Shown: positions 20,594 to 31,366, numbered from the stretch's first letter. The stretch is DNA of 40,223 nt from Thermoflexus sp. (GCA_041641155.1 JBEPYX010000001.1:1-40223); one strand, 5' to 3'. Notes: generated from the letters alone by a model not told the origin. Numbers and translations: made by a program.

Positions 20594-21208
20594 ATGGCCT
20601 CACGGATGGATGCGGAAGCCCGGCGGGCTCAGATCCTGGACGCTGCAGCGCAGGTCTTCGCCCGCCACGGATTTCGGGGGGCGACCACCCGCGCCATCGC
20701 GCAGGCCGCGGGGGTGGCCGAGGGCACCCTCTTCCGCTATTTCCCCACCAAACGGCATCTCCTGCTCGCCCTGCTCGAGGCCCTCGCCATCCAGCCGATC
20801 CAGCGGCAGCTCCAATCCCTTCCCACGACAGAGCCGCGGCGCTGGATGGAGGCCTTCCTGAGGGAACGCCTGACGGCGATGCGCGCCCACCTTCCCCTCA
20901 TGCAAGCCCTGTATCAGGAGATCCGCACCGATGAGGCAGTGCGCCAAGCGTTCATCACACAGATCGTCCAACCCTTCCTCGAGCAAGTGCGAGAGGTCCT
21001 GGCGCGGGAGCTGCGCCGCCGCAATCGCCGATCGCATCCCGGCTTGGTCCTCTGGGCGATCTGGGGCGCCCTCCACGGGGTGACCCTCTTCGGTATGGAG
21101 CTGGATCCCGATCTCGCCTCCCTCCCGCCAGAGCGGGTCGCCCGCGAGCTGACCGCGCTGCTCCTTTGGGGGCTGGAAGGGAGCCGAAGCCAACCCACCA
21201 GGAGGTGA
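20594..21208 (+). CDS. TetR/AcrR family transcriptional regulator
   Basis: ILDAAAQVFARHGFRGATTRAIAQAAGVAEGTLFRYFPTK; SD GGAGGT. Confidence 0.95.
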   Translation: MASRMDAEARRAQILDAAAQVFARHGFRGATTRAIAQAAGVAEGTLFRYFPTKRHLLLALLEALAIQPIQRQLQSLPTTEPRRWMEAFLRERLTAMRAHLPLMQALYQEIRTDEAVRQAFITQIVQPFLEQVREVLARELRRRNRRSHPGLVLWAIWGALHGVTLFGMELDPDLASLPPERVARELTALLLWGLEGSRSQPTRR

Positions 21209-21215
21209 ACGACCG

Positions 21216-22601
21216 ATGCGAAGCCGCAGGCTGCTGCTGTCCGTCGCGTTGGCCGCGCTGATCCTGGCCGGCGCCTGGGCGCTCTTCGAGCGGGCCCGGG
21301 CGCAGCCGCCCGCCCTCCCCGAGACGGCGACCATCCGACGGGGGACCCTCCGGATCACCCTGAGCGCGGCGGGGAAGATCCGCCCGCGAGCCCAGGCGGC
21401 CTTGAACTTCTCCACGCCCGGCACAGTCGCCGAGATCTTCGTCCGGGAAGGGGATCCGGTCCGCAAGGGACAACCCCTGGCCCGCCTGGACACCACGGAC
21501 CTGGAGCTGGCGGTGCGTCAGGCGGAGATCGCTTACCTGACCCAACAGGTGGTCTACAGCCAGACCGTCCAGGGGCCCAAACCCGAAGAGCGGGCGGCGG
21601 CCCAGGCCGCGGTCCGCAGCGCGCAGGCCGCTTTGGAGGCGCTGGAGAAGGGACCGGATCCCATGGAGCTGGAGATCGCCCGGTTGAACTACGAAGTGGC
21701 CAAGAACGCCATCTGGCAGGCGCAGCTGACCCGCGACAAGACCGCTGGCTCCCCCTTGTCGGCGCCGGTGGACGTGGACCTGGCGAAGGCCCGGGTGGGC
21801 CAGGCGGAGCTCCAGGCGGAGATCGCCCGGCTTCAGTATGAGAAGCTGAAGGCCGGCGCCCGGCCCGAACAGCTGGAGGCGGCCCGAGCGCAGCTGGCCC
21901 AGGCCCAAGCCAACCTGGCCCGGCTGCAACCGGACGCACTGACGCTCGAACGGGCGCGCCTGCAGCTGGAGCAGGCCCGCCTGCAGCTGGAGGAGGCGCG
22001 GCGGCGGCTGGAGCAGGCCACCCTGACGGCCCCCTTCGACGGCACCGTCATCGCGCTCAACATCGAGGTCGGCCAGGTGGTCGGCGCAGGGATACCAGGA
22101 GGCGCCATCGTCCTGGCGGACCTGAGCGATCTCCACCTCGATCTGACGGTGGATGAGGTGGACGTGGTGCGCCTGCAGGAGGGGATGCCGGTGGAGATCC
22201 GCCTGGACGCCCAACCCGGCCGCACCTTCCGGGGCCATATCGCGTCCATCGCCCCCGTCGCGACCGAGTCAGGAGGCGCGGCCACCTACCGCGTCCGCGT
22301 GGTCCTGGACGAGCGGGATCCCATCCTGCGGGCGGGCATGAGCGCCACGGTGGAGATCGAGGTGGAGCGCCGGGAGAACGTGCTCCTCGTGCCCAACGCC
22401 GCCGTCCGCCGCGATCGAGAGACCGGCCGGGCGTTCGTGAGCCGCATCATCGGCGATCGGGTGGAGGAGGTGGAGATCCGCTTGGGCGCCCAGGGCGAGA
22501 CCGAGAGCGAGGTCCTGGACGGGCTGCGGGAGGGCGATGTGGTGGCCCTGGGCGAGATCCGGCCGCCCTCGGCGTTCCGCTTCTTCCGCTTCGGACGCTG
22601 A
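21216..22601 (+). CDS. Membrane fusion/adaptor protein (MacA-like) with long coiled coil
   Basis: N-terminal TM, V.EGDPVRKGQPLARLD, LTAPFDGTV, LRAGMSA, LLVPNAAV, GLREGD. Confidence 0.9.
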   Translation: MRSRRLLLSVALAALILAGAWALFERARAQPPALPETATIRRGTLRITLSAAGKIRPRAQAALNFSTPGTVAEIFVREGDPVRKGQPLARLDTTDLELAVRQAEIAYLTQQVVYSQTVQGPKPEERAAAQAAVRSAQAALEALEKGPDPMELEIARLNYEVAKNAIWQAQLTRDKTAGSPLSAPVDVDLAKARVGQAELQAEIARLQYEKLKAGARPEQLEAARAQLAQAQANLARLQPDALTLERARLQLEQARLQLEEARRRLEQATLTAPFDGTVIALNIEVGQVVGAGIPGGAIVLADLSDLHLDLTVDEVDVVRLQEGMPVEIRLDAQPGRTFRGHIASIAPVATESGGAATYRVRVVLDERDPILRAGMSATVEIEVERRENVLLVPNAAVRRDRETGRAFVSRIIGDRVEEVEIRLGAQGETESEVLDGLREGDVVALGEIRPPSAFRFFRFGR

Positions 22602-22679
22602 GGACGATCAGGGAAGACGGCGCAGATGCCGGGCGCGCAACGCCCCGGCGTTTTCGGGGAAACGACGCGGAGGCCAGCT

Positions 22680-23939
22680 GTGGGGATCGGGCTCTGGGTC
22701 GAGAACATCCGTCAGGCCTTTGAGACCCTGTCGTCGAATCGGCTGCGGGCCGCCCTGACGTTGCTGGGCATCCTGATCGGCGTGGCCGCCGTCATCGCCA
22801 TGGTGGCCATCGGGCGGGGCGTGCAACACTACATCAACGCTCAGTTCGCCGCCATCGGCACCAACCTGATCTTCGTGATCCCCCGCGCCGCGGCAGAGGG
22901 GGGCCCCCCGGGGGCCGCCCTGCGGGATATCTCCTCCCTCACGATGCGAGACGTGCGGGCCATCGAGAGGGCAGTCCGCGGCCGTGCGACGGCAGTGGTC
23001 CCCGTGGTCCAACAGTTCGGGCCCCTCGAGAGCGAAGGCCGGGAGGCGGTGACGGTCATCCTGGGCACCACGCCGGGCTATGCCCCCGCGCGCAACTGGC
23101 GCCCCCTCTACGGGACCTTCCTGGAGGAGGGGCACATCCTGAACCGGTCGCGGGTGATCGTGCTGGGCCTGACCCCAGCCCGCCGCCTGTTCCCCGACAC
23201 CCCGAACCCCATCGGGCGGACGGTGCGCATCAACGGGATCCCCTTCCGGGTGATCGGGGTGATGTCCGATAAGGGCGGCAGCGCCTTCGGGGACTACAAC
23301 GATCTGGCCTTCATCCCCCTCTCGGTGGCTCAAGAGATGCTCTACGATGCCTGGGATCCGCGCACCGGCGAGCCGCTGGTCACCGGGATCATGCTTCAGG
23401 TGGCCCGGGCGGAATACACCGACGAGGTGGTCCGGAGGATCACGGAGAGCCTGCGGGAGCGCCATCGGATCCGCTTTCAGGACGAGGACGATTTCGCCGT
23501 CCTGACCCAGTTCGAGCTGGTCTCGATCTTTGGGCAGATCTCCAGCGTGCTGACCGTCTTCCTGGGGGCGCTGGGCGCCATCTCGCTGCTGGTGGGAGGC
23601 ATCGGGATCATGAACATCATGCTGGTCTCGGTGACCGAGCGGACGCGGGAGATCGGGCTGCGCAAGGCGGTGGGTGCCCGGCGGCGGGACATCCTGATTC
23701 AGTTCCTCACCGAGGCCACGGTGATCACCATGCTGGGCGGGGCCCTCGGGATGGCGGCGGGGGCCGCCCTGGCCTCCCTGATCGGCGTCCTCAGCGGGGG
23801 CGAGGTGCAAGCGGCCATCGGGTGGGACATCGTGGCCCTGGCGGTGGGGGTCAGCGCGGCCGTGGGGCTGTTCTTCGGCCTCTACCCGGCCTGGCGGGCC
23901 GCCCGGCTGGATCCCATCGTCGCCCTACGGTATGAGTGA
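22680..23939 (+). CDS. MacB-like ABC transporter permease 1 (no fused ATPase)
   Basis: LTLLGILIGVAAVIAMVAIG, SLLVGGIGIMNIMLVSVTERTREIGLRKAVGA, YPAWRAARLDPI; SD GGAGG before GTG. Confidence 0.92.
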   Translation: MGIGLWVENIRQAFETLSSNRLRAALTLLGILIGVAAVIAMVAIGRGVQHYINAQFAAIGTNLIFVIPRAAAEGGPPGAALRDISSLTMRDVRAIERAVRGRATAVVPVVQQFGPLESEGREAVTVILGTTPGYAPARNWRPLYGTFLEEGHILNRSRVIVLGLTPARRLFPDTPNPIGRTVRINGIPFRVIGVMSDKGGSAFGDYNDLAFIPLSVAQEMLYDAWDPRTGEPLVTGIMLQVARAEYTDEVVRRITESLRERHRIRFQDEDDFAVLTQFELVSIFGQISSVLTVFLGALGAISLLVGGIGIMNIMLVSVTERTREIGLRKAVGARRRDILIQFLTEATVITMLGGALGMAAGAALASLIGVLSGGEVQAAIGWDIVALAVGVSAAVGLFFGLYPAWRAARLDPIVALRYE

Positions 23940-23955
23940 GGCGGAGGAGGCGCGG

Positions 23956-25221
23956 ATGCTCGCTTTGCTTCAGGAGAGCCTGGGCACGGCCATCCAGAGC
24001 CTGCTGGCCAACAAGCTGCGGACAGCCCTCAGCCTGCTGGGCATCTTCATCGGGGTGGGCGCGGTGGTCGCCCTGCTGGCCGCCGGCCGGGGCGTCCAGG
24101 ACTACATCCAACGCCAGGTCCAGGCCATCGGGCCGAACGTCCTTTTCGTGTTCCCCGGAGGGTTCTCCCAGAGCGGGCTCACCCGCGCCGCCGCCCAGCA
24201 ATCCGGCCTGCTGCGCCCGGCCCTGACCCTGGGGGACGCGCAGGCGCTGCAGGATCCTACCCGCGCCCCCGATATCGCTATGGTCGCCCCGGTGGCGGCC
24301 CAGACGTTCCCTGTGACATCCGGGAAGGAACGGGCCACCGCCACGGTGCGCGGGGTGACCCCGGAATACCAGGTCGCTCGGAACTGGCGGGTGGATCGGG
24401 GGCGATTCATCGAGCCGGAGGATGAACGGACCCGCGCCCGGGTGGCGCTCCTGGGGGCGGAGACCGCCCGGACCCTCTTCGGCGAGCAGGACCCGATCGG
24501 ACAGCTCATCCGCATCCGGGAGGTCCCCTTCCGGGTGGTCGGCGTCCTGGCGCGCAAGGGGGGGACCTCGTTCGGCAACGAGGACGAAGTGATCCTGATC
24601 CCCTTAAGCACCATGCACCAGTATCTCTACAGCGTGCGAGGGCGCGGGGGAGAGCCAGGCCTCAGCGCCATCGTGCTGGTAGCGCGCTCCCATGAGCGGA
24701 TCCGGGCCGCCCAGGCGCAGGCTGCGGCCATCCTGCGGGAGCGCCATGGGATCCGATTCCGGGAGGATGAGGACTTCACGGTGGTGTCCCAGGAGGAGAT
24801 CCTCAACCTGTTCGGCAACCTGACGGCGATCCTCACCGCCTTCCTCACGGTCATCGCGGGGATCTCCCTGCTGGTCGGGGGGATCGGGATCATGAACATC
24901 ACCCTGGTTTCGGTGCGGGAGCGCACCCGGGAGATCGGCCTCCGGAAGGCCGTGGGGGCGCGGCGGCGGGATATCATGCTCCAGTTCCTGATCGAGACGA
25001 CGCTGCTTTCGCTCACGGGAGGGGCCCTGGGGGTGGGGTTGGGGATTGCCACGGCGCAGCTGATCTCCGCCCTGGCCGGAGGGGCGTTCCAGGCCATCGT
25101 GACGCCCGGGGCGGTTCTGCTGGCGGTGGGGATCAGCTCCGCCATCGGCCTCTTCTTCGGCCTCTACCCGGCCTGGCGGGCCGCCCGCCTGGATCCCATC
25201 GTCGCCCTGCGATATGAATGA
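23956..25221 (+). CDS. MacB-like ABC transporter permease 2 (no fused ATPase)
   Basis: Same family motifs as permease 1; [10 protein letters not shown] before ATG 23956 (23932 possible). Confidence 0.92.
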   Translation: MLALLQESLGTAIQSLLANKLRTALSLLGIFIGVGAVVALLAAGRGVQDYIQRQVQAIGPNVLFVFPGGFSQSGLTRAAAQQSGLLRPALTLGDAQALQDPTRAPDIAMVAPVAAQTFPVTSGKERATATVRGVTPEYQVARNWRVDRGRFIEPEDERTRARVALLGAETARTLFGEQDPIGQLIRIREVPFRVVGVLARKGGTSFGNEDEVILIPLSTMHQYLYSVRGRGGEPGLSAIVLVARSHERIRAAQAQAAAILRERHGIRFREDEDFTVVSQEEILNLFGNLTAILTAFLTVIAGISLLVGGIGIMNITLVSVRERTREIGLRKAVGARRRDIMLQFLIETTLLSLTGGALGVGLGIATAQLISALAGGAFQAIVTPGAVLLAVGISSAIGLFFGLYPAWRAARLDPIVALRYE

Positions 25222-25241
25222 GGAGGGGAGAGGGAAGATGC

Positions 25242-26309
25242 TTAAGAGCGGGGCGCCTGGGGGGTGGGCTCGCCGAGGTTGAGGACGCTGACGCGGGCCG
25301 CGATCTGCCGGGCGATGTCCCGCAGGGCCTGAGCCGCCGGGCTCTCGGGGTGGGCGATCACCACCGGCCGCCCCGCGTCCCCCCCTTCCCGCACCCGGGG
25401 ATCCAAGGGGATGCGACCCAGGAAGGGAACCCCCATCCGCTCCGCGAGCTGCTGTCCACCGTCCCGCCCGAAGATCTCCGTCACGTGCCCGCAATGGGGG
25501 CAGACGAATCCGCTCATGTTCTCCACCACCCCCAGCACCGGCACCTCCAACCGCTCGAACATCCGAACCGACCGCCCCACATCGCTCAGCGCGACCGCCT
25601 GAGGCGTGGTCACCACCACCGCCCCCGTCACCGGCACCAGCTGGGCCAGGGAGATGGCCACATCCCCCGTCCCCGGCGGCAGGTCAACCACCAAGTAATC
25701 CAGAAGCCCCCAATCCACATCGTTCAGGAACTGGCGCACCGCGCTGTGCAGCATCGGCCCCCGCCAGATCACCGGCTGATCGGGCGGCAACAGGAACCCC
25801 AGCGACATCACCCGCACCCCATAGGCCACCGCTGGGATGATCTTATTGTCCCGCGGGGCCGGGATCCGTTTCACCCCCAGCATCTCCGGGATGTTCGGCC
25901 CATACACATCGGCGTCCATCAGCCCGACCACGGCCCCCATCCCGGCCAGGGCCACCGCCAGGTTAGCGGCTACCGTGCTCTTGCCCACCCCGCCCTTCCC
26001 GCTGCCCACCGCGAGGATATTCTTCACCGTCAACCCCTCGATCGTCCGCAGGCGGGCGTGGGCGGGCACCTCAGCGGCCCATCGCAGATCCACCTCGCGC
26101 ACCCCTGGCATGGCGAGGAGGGCCGAGCGGATATCGGCCTCGATGCGATCGGTCAGGGGGCAGGCGGGCGTGGTCAGGACCACCGTCAGCGACACCCGAT
26201 CCCCTTCCACCACCACATCCCGCACCATCCCCAACGACACAATGTCGCGCCCCAGCTCCGGATCCCGCACCCTGCGCAGCGTGTCCAGAATTTGCTCCCG
26301 AGTGACCAT
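25242..26309 (-). CDS. mrp: Mrp/ApbC/NBP35 Fe-S cluster carrier ATPase with N-terminal MIP18/DUF59-like domain
   Basis: DPELGRDIVSLG..LTTPACPL; GKGGVGKST, DADVYGP, WRGPM, DLPPGTGD, ENMS..CPHC. Confidence 0.93.
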   Translation of the reverse strand: MVTREQILDTLRRVRDPELGRDIVSLGMVRDVVVEGDRVSLTVVLTTPACPLTDRIEADIRSALLAMPGVREVDLRWAAEVPAHARLRTIEGLTVKNILAVGSGKGGVGKSTVAANLAVALAGMGAVVGLMDADVYGPNIPEMLGVKRIPAPRDNKIIPAVAYGVRVMSLGFLLPPDQPVIWRGPMLHSAVRQFLNDVDWGLLDYLVVDLPPGTGDVAISLAQLVPVTGAVVVTTPQAVALSDVGRSVRMFERLEVPVLGVVENMSGFVCPHCGHVTEIFGRDGGQQLAERMGVPFLGRIPLDPRVREGGDAGRPVVIAHPESPAAQALRDIARQIAARVSVLNLGEPTPQAPRS

Positions 26310-26390
26310 CCAGGCCTCCGTTCTATCTTTTTAGCCCCCACGGCCGGAGCGCCCATCGGAAGCTTCACCCGTTGGCCGCACCGCCCGCCC

Positions 26391-27005
26391 TTACGAGGAG
26401 GCGTGCGCCGCCGCCTTCGCGCCCTTCTTGGCCTTCTCCGCTTCCTTCTCCGCTAGCTCCCGCGCCCAATCCGAAGGGTGGATCTGCGCATGGTAAGTGT
26501 CGGGCTTCAGCAGGCGCGGCAGATCGAAAACCAACGACTCATAGCGCTCATAAGACGAAAGCTCGTAATCGTGGTCCATCTTGATCGCGTCGAAGGGGCA
26601 GAACTCGGCGCAGAAGCCGCAGGACATGCAGATCGTGGCATCAATGTAAAAGGCTTCCGGCTCCGGCTTCGGGCGCCCGGTGTTCGGATCCGTCCCCCGC
26701 ACGATCCAGATGCACTGGGGCGGGCAGACCTTGGCGCAGATCCCGCAAGAGGTGCACTTGATCTTATTCTCCTGGGTGTCGTAGACCAAAAAGGGGATGT
26801 AGCGGAAGTTCTCGGGGAGCGGGAGCTTCTCCTTGGGGTATTGCACCGTGAACACCCCCCGCGCCCGCGGCCCCTGGCGGGCCGGGAGATGTTCCGGCCG
26901 GTAGCGCCCGCCCTCGAACAGATACCGAACGTCCTCGATGTAGGAGTAGATGAAATGCTTCAGCGTGACACCGAGGCCTTTCAGGATGCCGAGTCCGTAG
27001 ATCAT
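26391..27005 (-). CDS. nuoI: Complex I subunit I (2x[4Fe-4S])
   Basis: TVQYP, CTSCGICAKVCP and CMSCGFCAEFCPFDAI. Confidence 0.88.
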   Translation of the reverse strand: MIYGLGILKGLGVTLKHFIYSYIEDVRYLFEGGRYRPEHLPARQGPRARGVFTVQYPKEKLPLPENFRYIPFLVYDTQENKIKCTSCGICAKVCPPQCIWIVRGTDPNTGRPKPEPEAFYIDATICMSCGFCAEFCPFDAIKMDHDYELSSYERYESLVFDLPRLLKPDTYHAQIHPSDWARELAEKEAEKAKKGAKAAAHASS

Positions 27006-27029
27006 CGCCTCTCGCCTCCTCCGGGCAGG

Positions 27030-28808
27030 TTAACGGTCCACCTCGCCCAGGACGATGTCGATGCTCCCCAGGATGACCACCACGTCGGCCACCTTGTGGC
27101 CCTTGCACATCTCGTTGAGGGCGGTGAGGTTGATGAAGGACGGCGCGCGGATGTGATAGCGATACGGGTTGGGGCTGCCGTCGCTGACGAGGTAAAAGCC
27201 CAGCTCGCCCTTGGGGTTCTCCACCCGCCCGTAGGCCTGGCCCGCGGGGACGCGGATCATATACTGCTTCTTGCCCGTCTGGATCTCCCCCCGGGGGATC
27301 TGGTCCAGCGCTTGCCGCAGGATGCGCAGGGATTGCCACATCTCATCGATACGGATCAGATACCGATCGTAGACATCGCCGTTGTAGCGGACGGCCACAT
27401 CGAAGTCGAAGCGGTCGTAGATGCTGTAGGGCTCCGCCCGGCGGACATCGTAGGGGATCCCGGAGGCGCGGAGCACCGGGCCCGACGTGCTGTAAGCCAC
27501 CGCCAGGTCGGGCGGCAACACCCCCACCCCCTGGCAGCGAGCCTTGATCAGCTCGTTGTGGGTCAGGTAGCGATCCAGCTCCTCGATGGCCCGCGGGAGC
27601 CGGTTGTACACCAGCTCCTTCGCCCGGGCGATCCAGTCGTCGGAGACATCATTGGCCACGCCGCCGAAGCGCATGTAGTTGCACATCATCCGCGAGCCCG
27701 AGGCCTCTTCGAAGAGGTCCAGGATCAGCTCTCGCTCCTCGATGGCGTAGAGGGCGGGGGTGAAGAAGGCGCCGAGGTCGTTGAGGAGGAAGCCGATGGC
27801 CCACAGGTGGTTCACGATCCGGGTGAACTCGGCCATGATCACCCGCAGATACTCCGCCCGCTCCGGGGGCTTGATCCCCAACAGCTTCTCCACGGCGATG
27901 GCGTAGCCCAGGTTGTTGCTCATCGAGCAGATGTAATCGAGCCGGTCGGTGTAAGGCATGTTCTGCAGATACATATTCCGCTCGCCGATCTTCTCATGGT
28001 TGCGATGCAGATAGCCCATGACCGGCTCCAAGCGGACGATGGTCTCCCCATCCAGGGTGACGACCATGCGGAACACCCCGTGGGTGCTGGGGTGCTGGGG
28101 GCCCATATTGACGACCAGCCGATCGGTGCGCAGGCTCTTCAGCTCCACCTGCTCCCCCGTCTCCGCCCGGGCGAACTGGCCCATCCCGATGTAGAGCAGC
28201 TCGTCCGAGGTGTCCTCGACCTGGTCGGGGTCCCAATCCAGAGGATACTGGACGTTGTCGTGCCAGAAGACGCGGTCCTCCGCCCGCACGTGGTGGCCCG
28301 AGGGCCAGCGGCTGCTGAAGGGCTTATGTTCCTCTTCGTAGTAGGGCTCCTTCCAATCCTTCCGCAACGGGTGCCCGTAGAAGCCCTCCCAGAGCAGGAT
28401 CCGCTTGAGGTTGGGATGGCCAGCGAAGCGAATCCCCATCAGATCCCAAGCCTCGCGCTCCTGGAAGTCCGCCCCCGGCCATACCGAGACCAGCGAGGGG
28501 ACCGTGGCCACATCCCGTGGGGTGCGGGCCTTGAACACCAGGGGGCCGCCGCCCTCCAGGCGGTAGGCATGGTAGACGACCTCGAAATAGCCCTCCTGGA
28601 TGTAATCGACAGCCGTCACGCTGGAAAGGTAACGATAGCCCAGCTCATCTCGGATGAAGCGGGCGGCCTCCAGCAGGACGTCGTTGGCGATGACCACCCC
28701 TTCGTATTCGGCAGGCTGGACCGCATCGCCGAACTTCTCTTTCAAAACAGCGAGATCGCCCTTCAGCTCCGCGAGCGGAGCGGGTTTGGTCTTCGCCGGG
28801 GTGCTCAT
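27030..28808 (-). CDS. nuoCD: Complex I fused subunit C/D
   Basis: [27 protein letters not shown] (NuoC); [36 protein letters not shown] (NuoD). Confidence 0.95.
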   Translation of the reverse strand: MSTPAKTKPAPLAELKGDLAVLKEKFGDAVQPAEYEGVVIANDVLLEAARFIRDELGYRYLSSVTAVDYIQEGYFEVVYHAYRLEGGGPLVFKARTPRDVATVPSLVSVWPGADFQEREAWDLMGIRFAGHPNLKRILLWEGFYGHPLRKDWKEPYYEEEHKPFSSRWPSGHHVRAEDRVFWHDNVQYPLDWDPDQVEDTSDELLYIGMGQFARAETGEQVELKSLRTDRLVVNMGPQHPSTHGVFRMVVTLDGETIVRLEPVMGYLHRNHEKIGERNMYLQNMPYTDRLDYICSMSNNLGYAIAVEKLLGIKPPERAEYLRVIMAEFTRIVNHLWAIGFLLNDLGAFFTPALYAIEERELILDLFEEASGSRMMCNYMRFGGVANDVSDDWIARAKELVYNRLPRAIEELDRYLTHNELIKARCQGVGVLPPDLAVAYSTSGPVLRASGIPYDVRRAEPYSIYDRFDFDVAVRYNGDVYDRYLIRIDEMWQSLRILRQALDQIPRGEIQTGKKQYMIRVPAGQAYGRVENPKGELGFYLVSDGSPNPYRYHIRAPSFINLTALNEMCKGHKVADVVVILGSIDIVLGEVDR

Positions 28809-28908
28809 CCCCTCCCTCCACCACACCCAAGATGACAACGGCTCAACGCGATGATCGGCCCTCTTCCCGGGGAAGTCCGGGCGCCCGATCGCCGCTCTGC
28901 TGGGCCCC

Positions 28909-29571
28909 TTACGAAGACGCTTCGGGGGAGGCCCCCTGCCGGGCCCGCAGCTCGGCCAGGCGGGCCCGGATCTCCGGCAGGCGCCGCGGATCGATGAGAT
29001 CCGGCCCCAGGATGGGCACTGGGATGGCCTCAGCTTCCCCGCGCTGATACCAGGGGACCGCTCGGACGGACTGGCGTTCGATCTTCTCGTAAAGCTTCAG
29101 CAGGCCGTGGAGGAGCGCCTCCGGCCGAGGCGGACAGCCGGGCACATATACGTCCACCGGGATGAATTTGTCGATGCCGGAGACCACGTTGTAGCCCTCC
29201 TTGAACGGGCCGCCGCCGGTGGCGCACGCCCCCATGGAGATCACATACTTCGGCTCCGGCATCTGGTTGTAAAGGCGGACGATCTGGGGGACCATCTTCT
29301 TGGTGACCGTGCCGGCCACGATCATGAGGTCGGCCTGGCGGGGGCTGGGCCGCATCAGCTCGGAGCCGAAGCGGGCGATGTCGAAGCGGCTGGCCGCGGC
29401 GCAGATCATCTCGATCGCGCAACACGCCAAGCCGAACATCATCGGCCAGACCGAACGCTTACGCCCCCAGTTGTAGAGATAGCTCACGAAGCGGTCGATG
29501 GTGGTGACGAAAACGTTATGGCGAAGCTCCGAGGGGACGGGGACGGTGTTCAGATCGCGCAGCTCATCCAT
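28909..29571 (-). CDS. nuoB: Complex I subunit B
   Basis: [42 protein letters not shown]. Confidence 0.96.
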   Translation of the reverse strand: MDELRDLNTVPVPSELRHNVFVTTIDRFVSYLYNWGRKRSVWPMMFGLACCAIEMICAAASRFDIARFGSELMRPSPRQADLMIVAGTVTKKMVPQIVRLYNQMPEPKYVISMGACATGGGPFKEGYNVVSGIDKFIPVDVYVPGCPPRPEALLHGLLKLYEKIERQSVRAVPWYQRGEAEAIPVPILGPDLIDPRRLPEIRARLAELRARQGASPEASS

Positions 29572-29776
29572 CGGCGAGCACCTCCTCCAGCCATTCTCGC
29601 TGGATCTCCTCCAACCGCACCGGGTCCTTCAAGCGCGGATCGTCGGCGAAATCCGGCAGGGCGATCACCCACCGGTGCAGCGTCTCCCAGTCCACCGCCA
29701 AGGGATCCACCCCCGGATGGGCCGCCCGCAGGGCGAGCGCGATGGGATAGGCATCATCCCAATACAACGGCGTCAT
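29564..29776 (-). CDS. iscX: IscX (YfhJ)-like Fe-S assembly protein
   Basis: LYWDD...IALAL...HPGVDP..V....LH.WV..LPDF.DDP......LE.IQ..WLEE matches the IscX pattern; overlaps the nuoB start by 8 nt. Confidence 0.8.
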   Translation of the reverse strand: MTPLYWDDAYPIALALRAAHPGVDPLAVDWETLHRWVIALPDFADDPRLKDPVRLEEIQREWLEEVLADG

Positions 29777-29817
29777 GTGAATCCTAGCACAACCCCGATG
29801 AAACGCACGAATTTCCA

Positions 29818-29845
29818 AATAAAAGGCCGGGACAACTCCCCGGCC
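29818..29845 (-). terminator. Intrinsic terminator after aldehyde dehydrogenase
   Basis: Minus strand GGCCGGGG-AGTTG-TCCCGGCC then TTTTATT. Confidence 0.75.
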
Positions 29846-29869
29846 CGCCAGGGGAGCGCCGGCGGTCGA

Positions 29870-31366
29870 TTACGCCATGGGAACTTGGCCGAAGGCCGTG
29901 GTGTCGATCTGGGCCCGCTGGAGCCGGCCGCTGTAGTCCACATAGACGGCCTTCCACTCGGTGAAGAACTCAATGGCCGTCAGCCCCGCCTCCCGGTGGC
30001 CGTTGCCGGTCCCCCGAGTGCCACCGAAGGGGAACTGGATCTCCGCCCCGGTGGTGCCGTGGTTGATGTAGACGATGCCGGTGGTGATATCTCGGATGGC
30101 CCGGAAGGCCTTGTTCACATCCTGCGTGAAGATGCTGCTGGAGAGACCATAGTTGACCGCGTTGTTGATGCGGATCGCCTCCTCGAGATCTTCGGCTTCG
30201 ATGATCGAAAGCACGGGGCCGAAGATCTCCTCTTGGGCGATCCGCATATCGGGCCGCACACGATCGAAGATCGTCGGCTCGTAGAAGAACCCGCGGCCGT
30301 TCACCTTGACGGGGTTGCCACCGCACAGCAACCGGGCCCCTTCGGCCTTCCCGATCTCCACGTAAGAATGAACCTTCTTCACCGCCGCCTCATTGATCAG
30401 CGGCCCGACCTCGGTGGTCGGCTCCAGGCCGTTCCCCAGCCGCAGCCGCCGAGCCCGCTCCACCAACATCTCCGTGAATCGCTCCCGGATGGGCTTGTGA
30501 AGGATCAAACGGGAGCACGCCGTGCAACGCTGCCCAGTGGTCCCGAAGGCCGCCCACAATGTGGCCTCCAGGGCTAGATCCAAGTTCGCGTCCTCCATCA
30601 CAATGATGGCGTTCTTCCCGCCCATCTCCAGGGAGACCCGCTTGAGGTGCCGGGCTGCCCGGGCGTAAAGGTCGCGGCCGACCTCCGTGGACCCCGTGAA
30701 GGAGACGGCCTTCACCGTCGGGTGCTCCACCAGGGCATTGCCCACCGTGGGCCCGGGCCCGATGACCAAGTTGAGGACGCCCGGGGGAAGGCCGGCCTCC
30801 TCGAACACCCGCACGAACTCCGCGGCCGTCGCAGGGGTATCCGTCGCGGGCTTGAAGACCACGGTGTTGCCGGCGACCAGCGCGGGGAAGATCTTCCAGG
30901 AGGGGATAGCGATGGGGAAGTTCCACGGCGTGATGCAGGCGACGACGCCGATCGGGTCCCGGACGGCCATGCCGAATTTGTTCGGCAGCTCCACGGGGGC
31001 CGTGTAGCCCAGGAGCCGCCGCCCTTCCCCGCCGATGTAGAAGGCCATGTCGATGGCCTCCTGGACATCGCCGCGGGCCTCGGGGAGCACCTTCCCCATC
31101 TCCTGGGTGAGCAGCCGGGCCAACTCCTCCTTTCGCTCCACCAGCAGCTGCCCCACACGGTAAAGGATCTCCGCCCGCTTGGGCGCTGGGACCTTCCGCC
31201 ACTTCTCAAAGGCCGCCGCGGCCGCCTCCACGGCCGCCTCCACGTCTCGTTCGTCGGACTTCACCACCTCCGCCACCGGCTCCTCGGTAGCCGGGTTGAT
31301 GTCCACGTACCAGTTCTCCGAACGGGACTCCACCCACTTCCCATCGATATAGTTCCGGATCCGCAT
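29870..31366 (-). CDS. NAD(P)-dependent aldehyde dehydrogenase
   Basis: [34 protein letters not shown]. Confidence 0.95.
   Translation of the reverse strand: MRIRNYIDGKWVESRSENWYVDINPATEEPVAEVVKSDERDVEAAVEAAAAAFEKWRKVPAPKRAEILYRVGQLLVERKEELARLLTQEMGKVLPEARGDVQEAIDMAFYIGGEGRRLLGYTAPVELPNKFGMAVRDPIGVVACITPWNFPIAIPSWKIFPALVAGNTVVFKPATDTPATAAEFVRVFEEAGLPPGVLNLVIGPGPTVGNALVEHPTVKAVSFTGSTEVGRDLYARAARHLKRVSLEMGGKNAIIVMEDANLDLALEATLWAAFGTTGQRCTACSRLILHKPIRERFTEMLVERARRLRLGNGLEPTTEVGPLINEAAVKKVHSYVEIGKAEGARLLCGGNPVKVNGRGFFYEPTIFDRVRPDMRIAQEEIFGPVLSIIEAEDLEEAIRINNAVNYGLSSSIFTQDVNKAFRAIRDITTGIVYINHGTTGAEIQFPFGGTRGTGNGHREAGLTAIEFFTEWKAVYVDYSGRLQRAQIDTTAFGQVPMA

Noticed and set aside
27030-29571. Group 4 [NiFe]-hydrogenase interpretation of nuoB/CD/I
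   Set aside because: Large subunit lacks both CxxC Ni ligands; NuoB has the tandem CC typical of complex I
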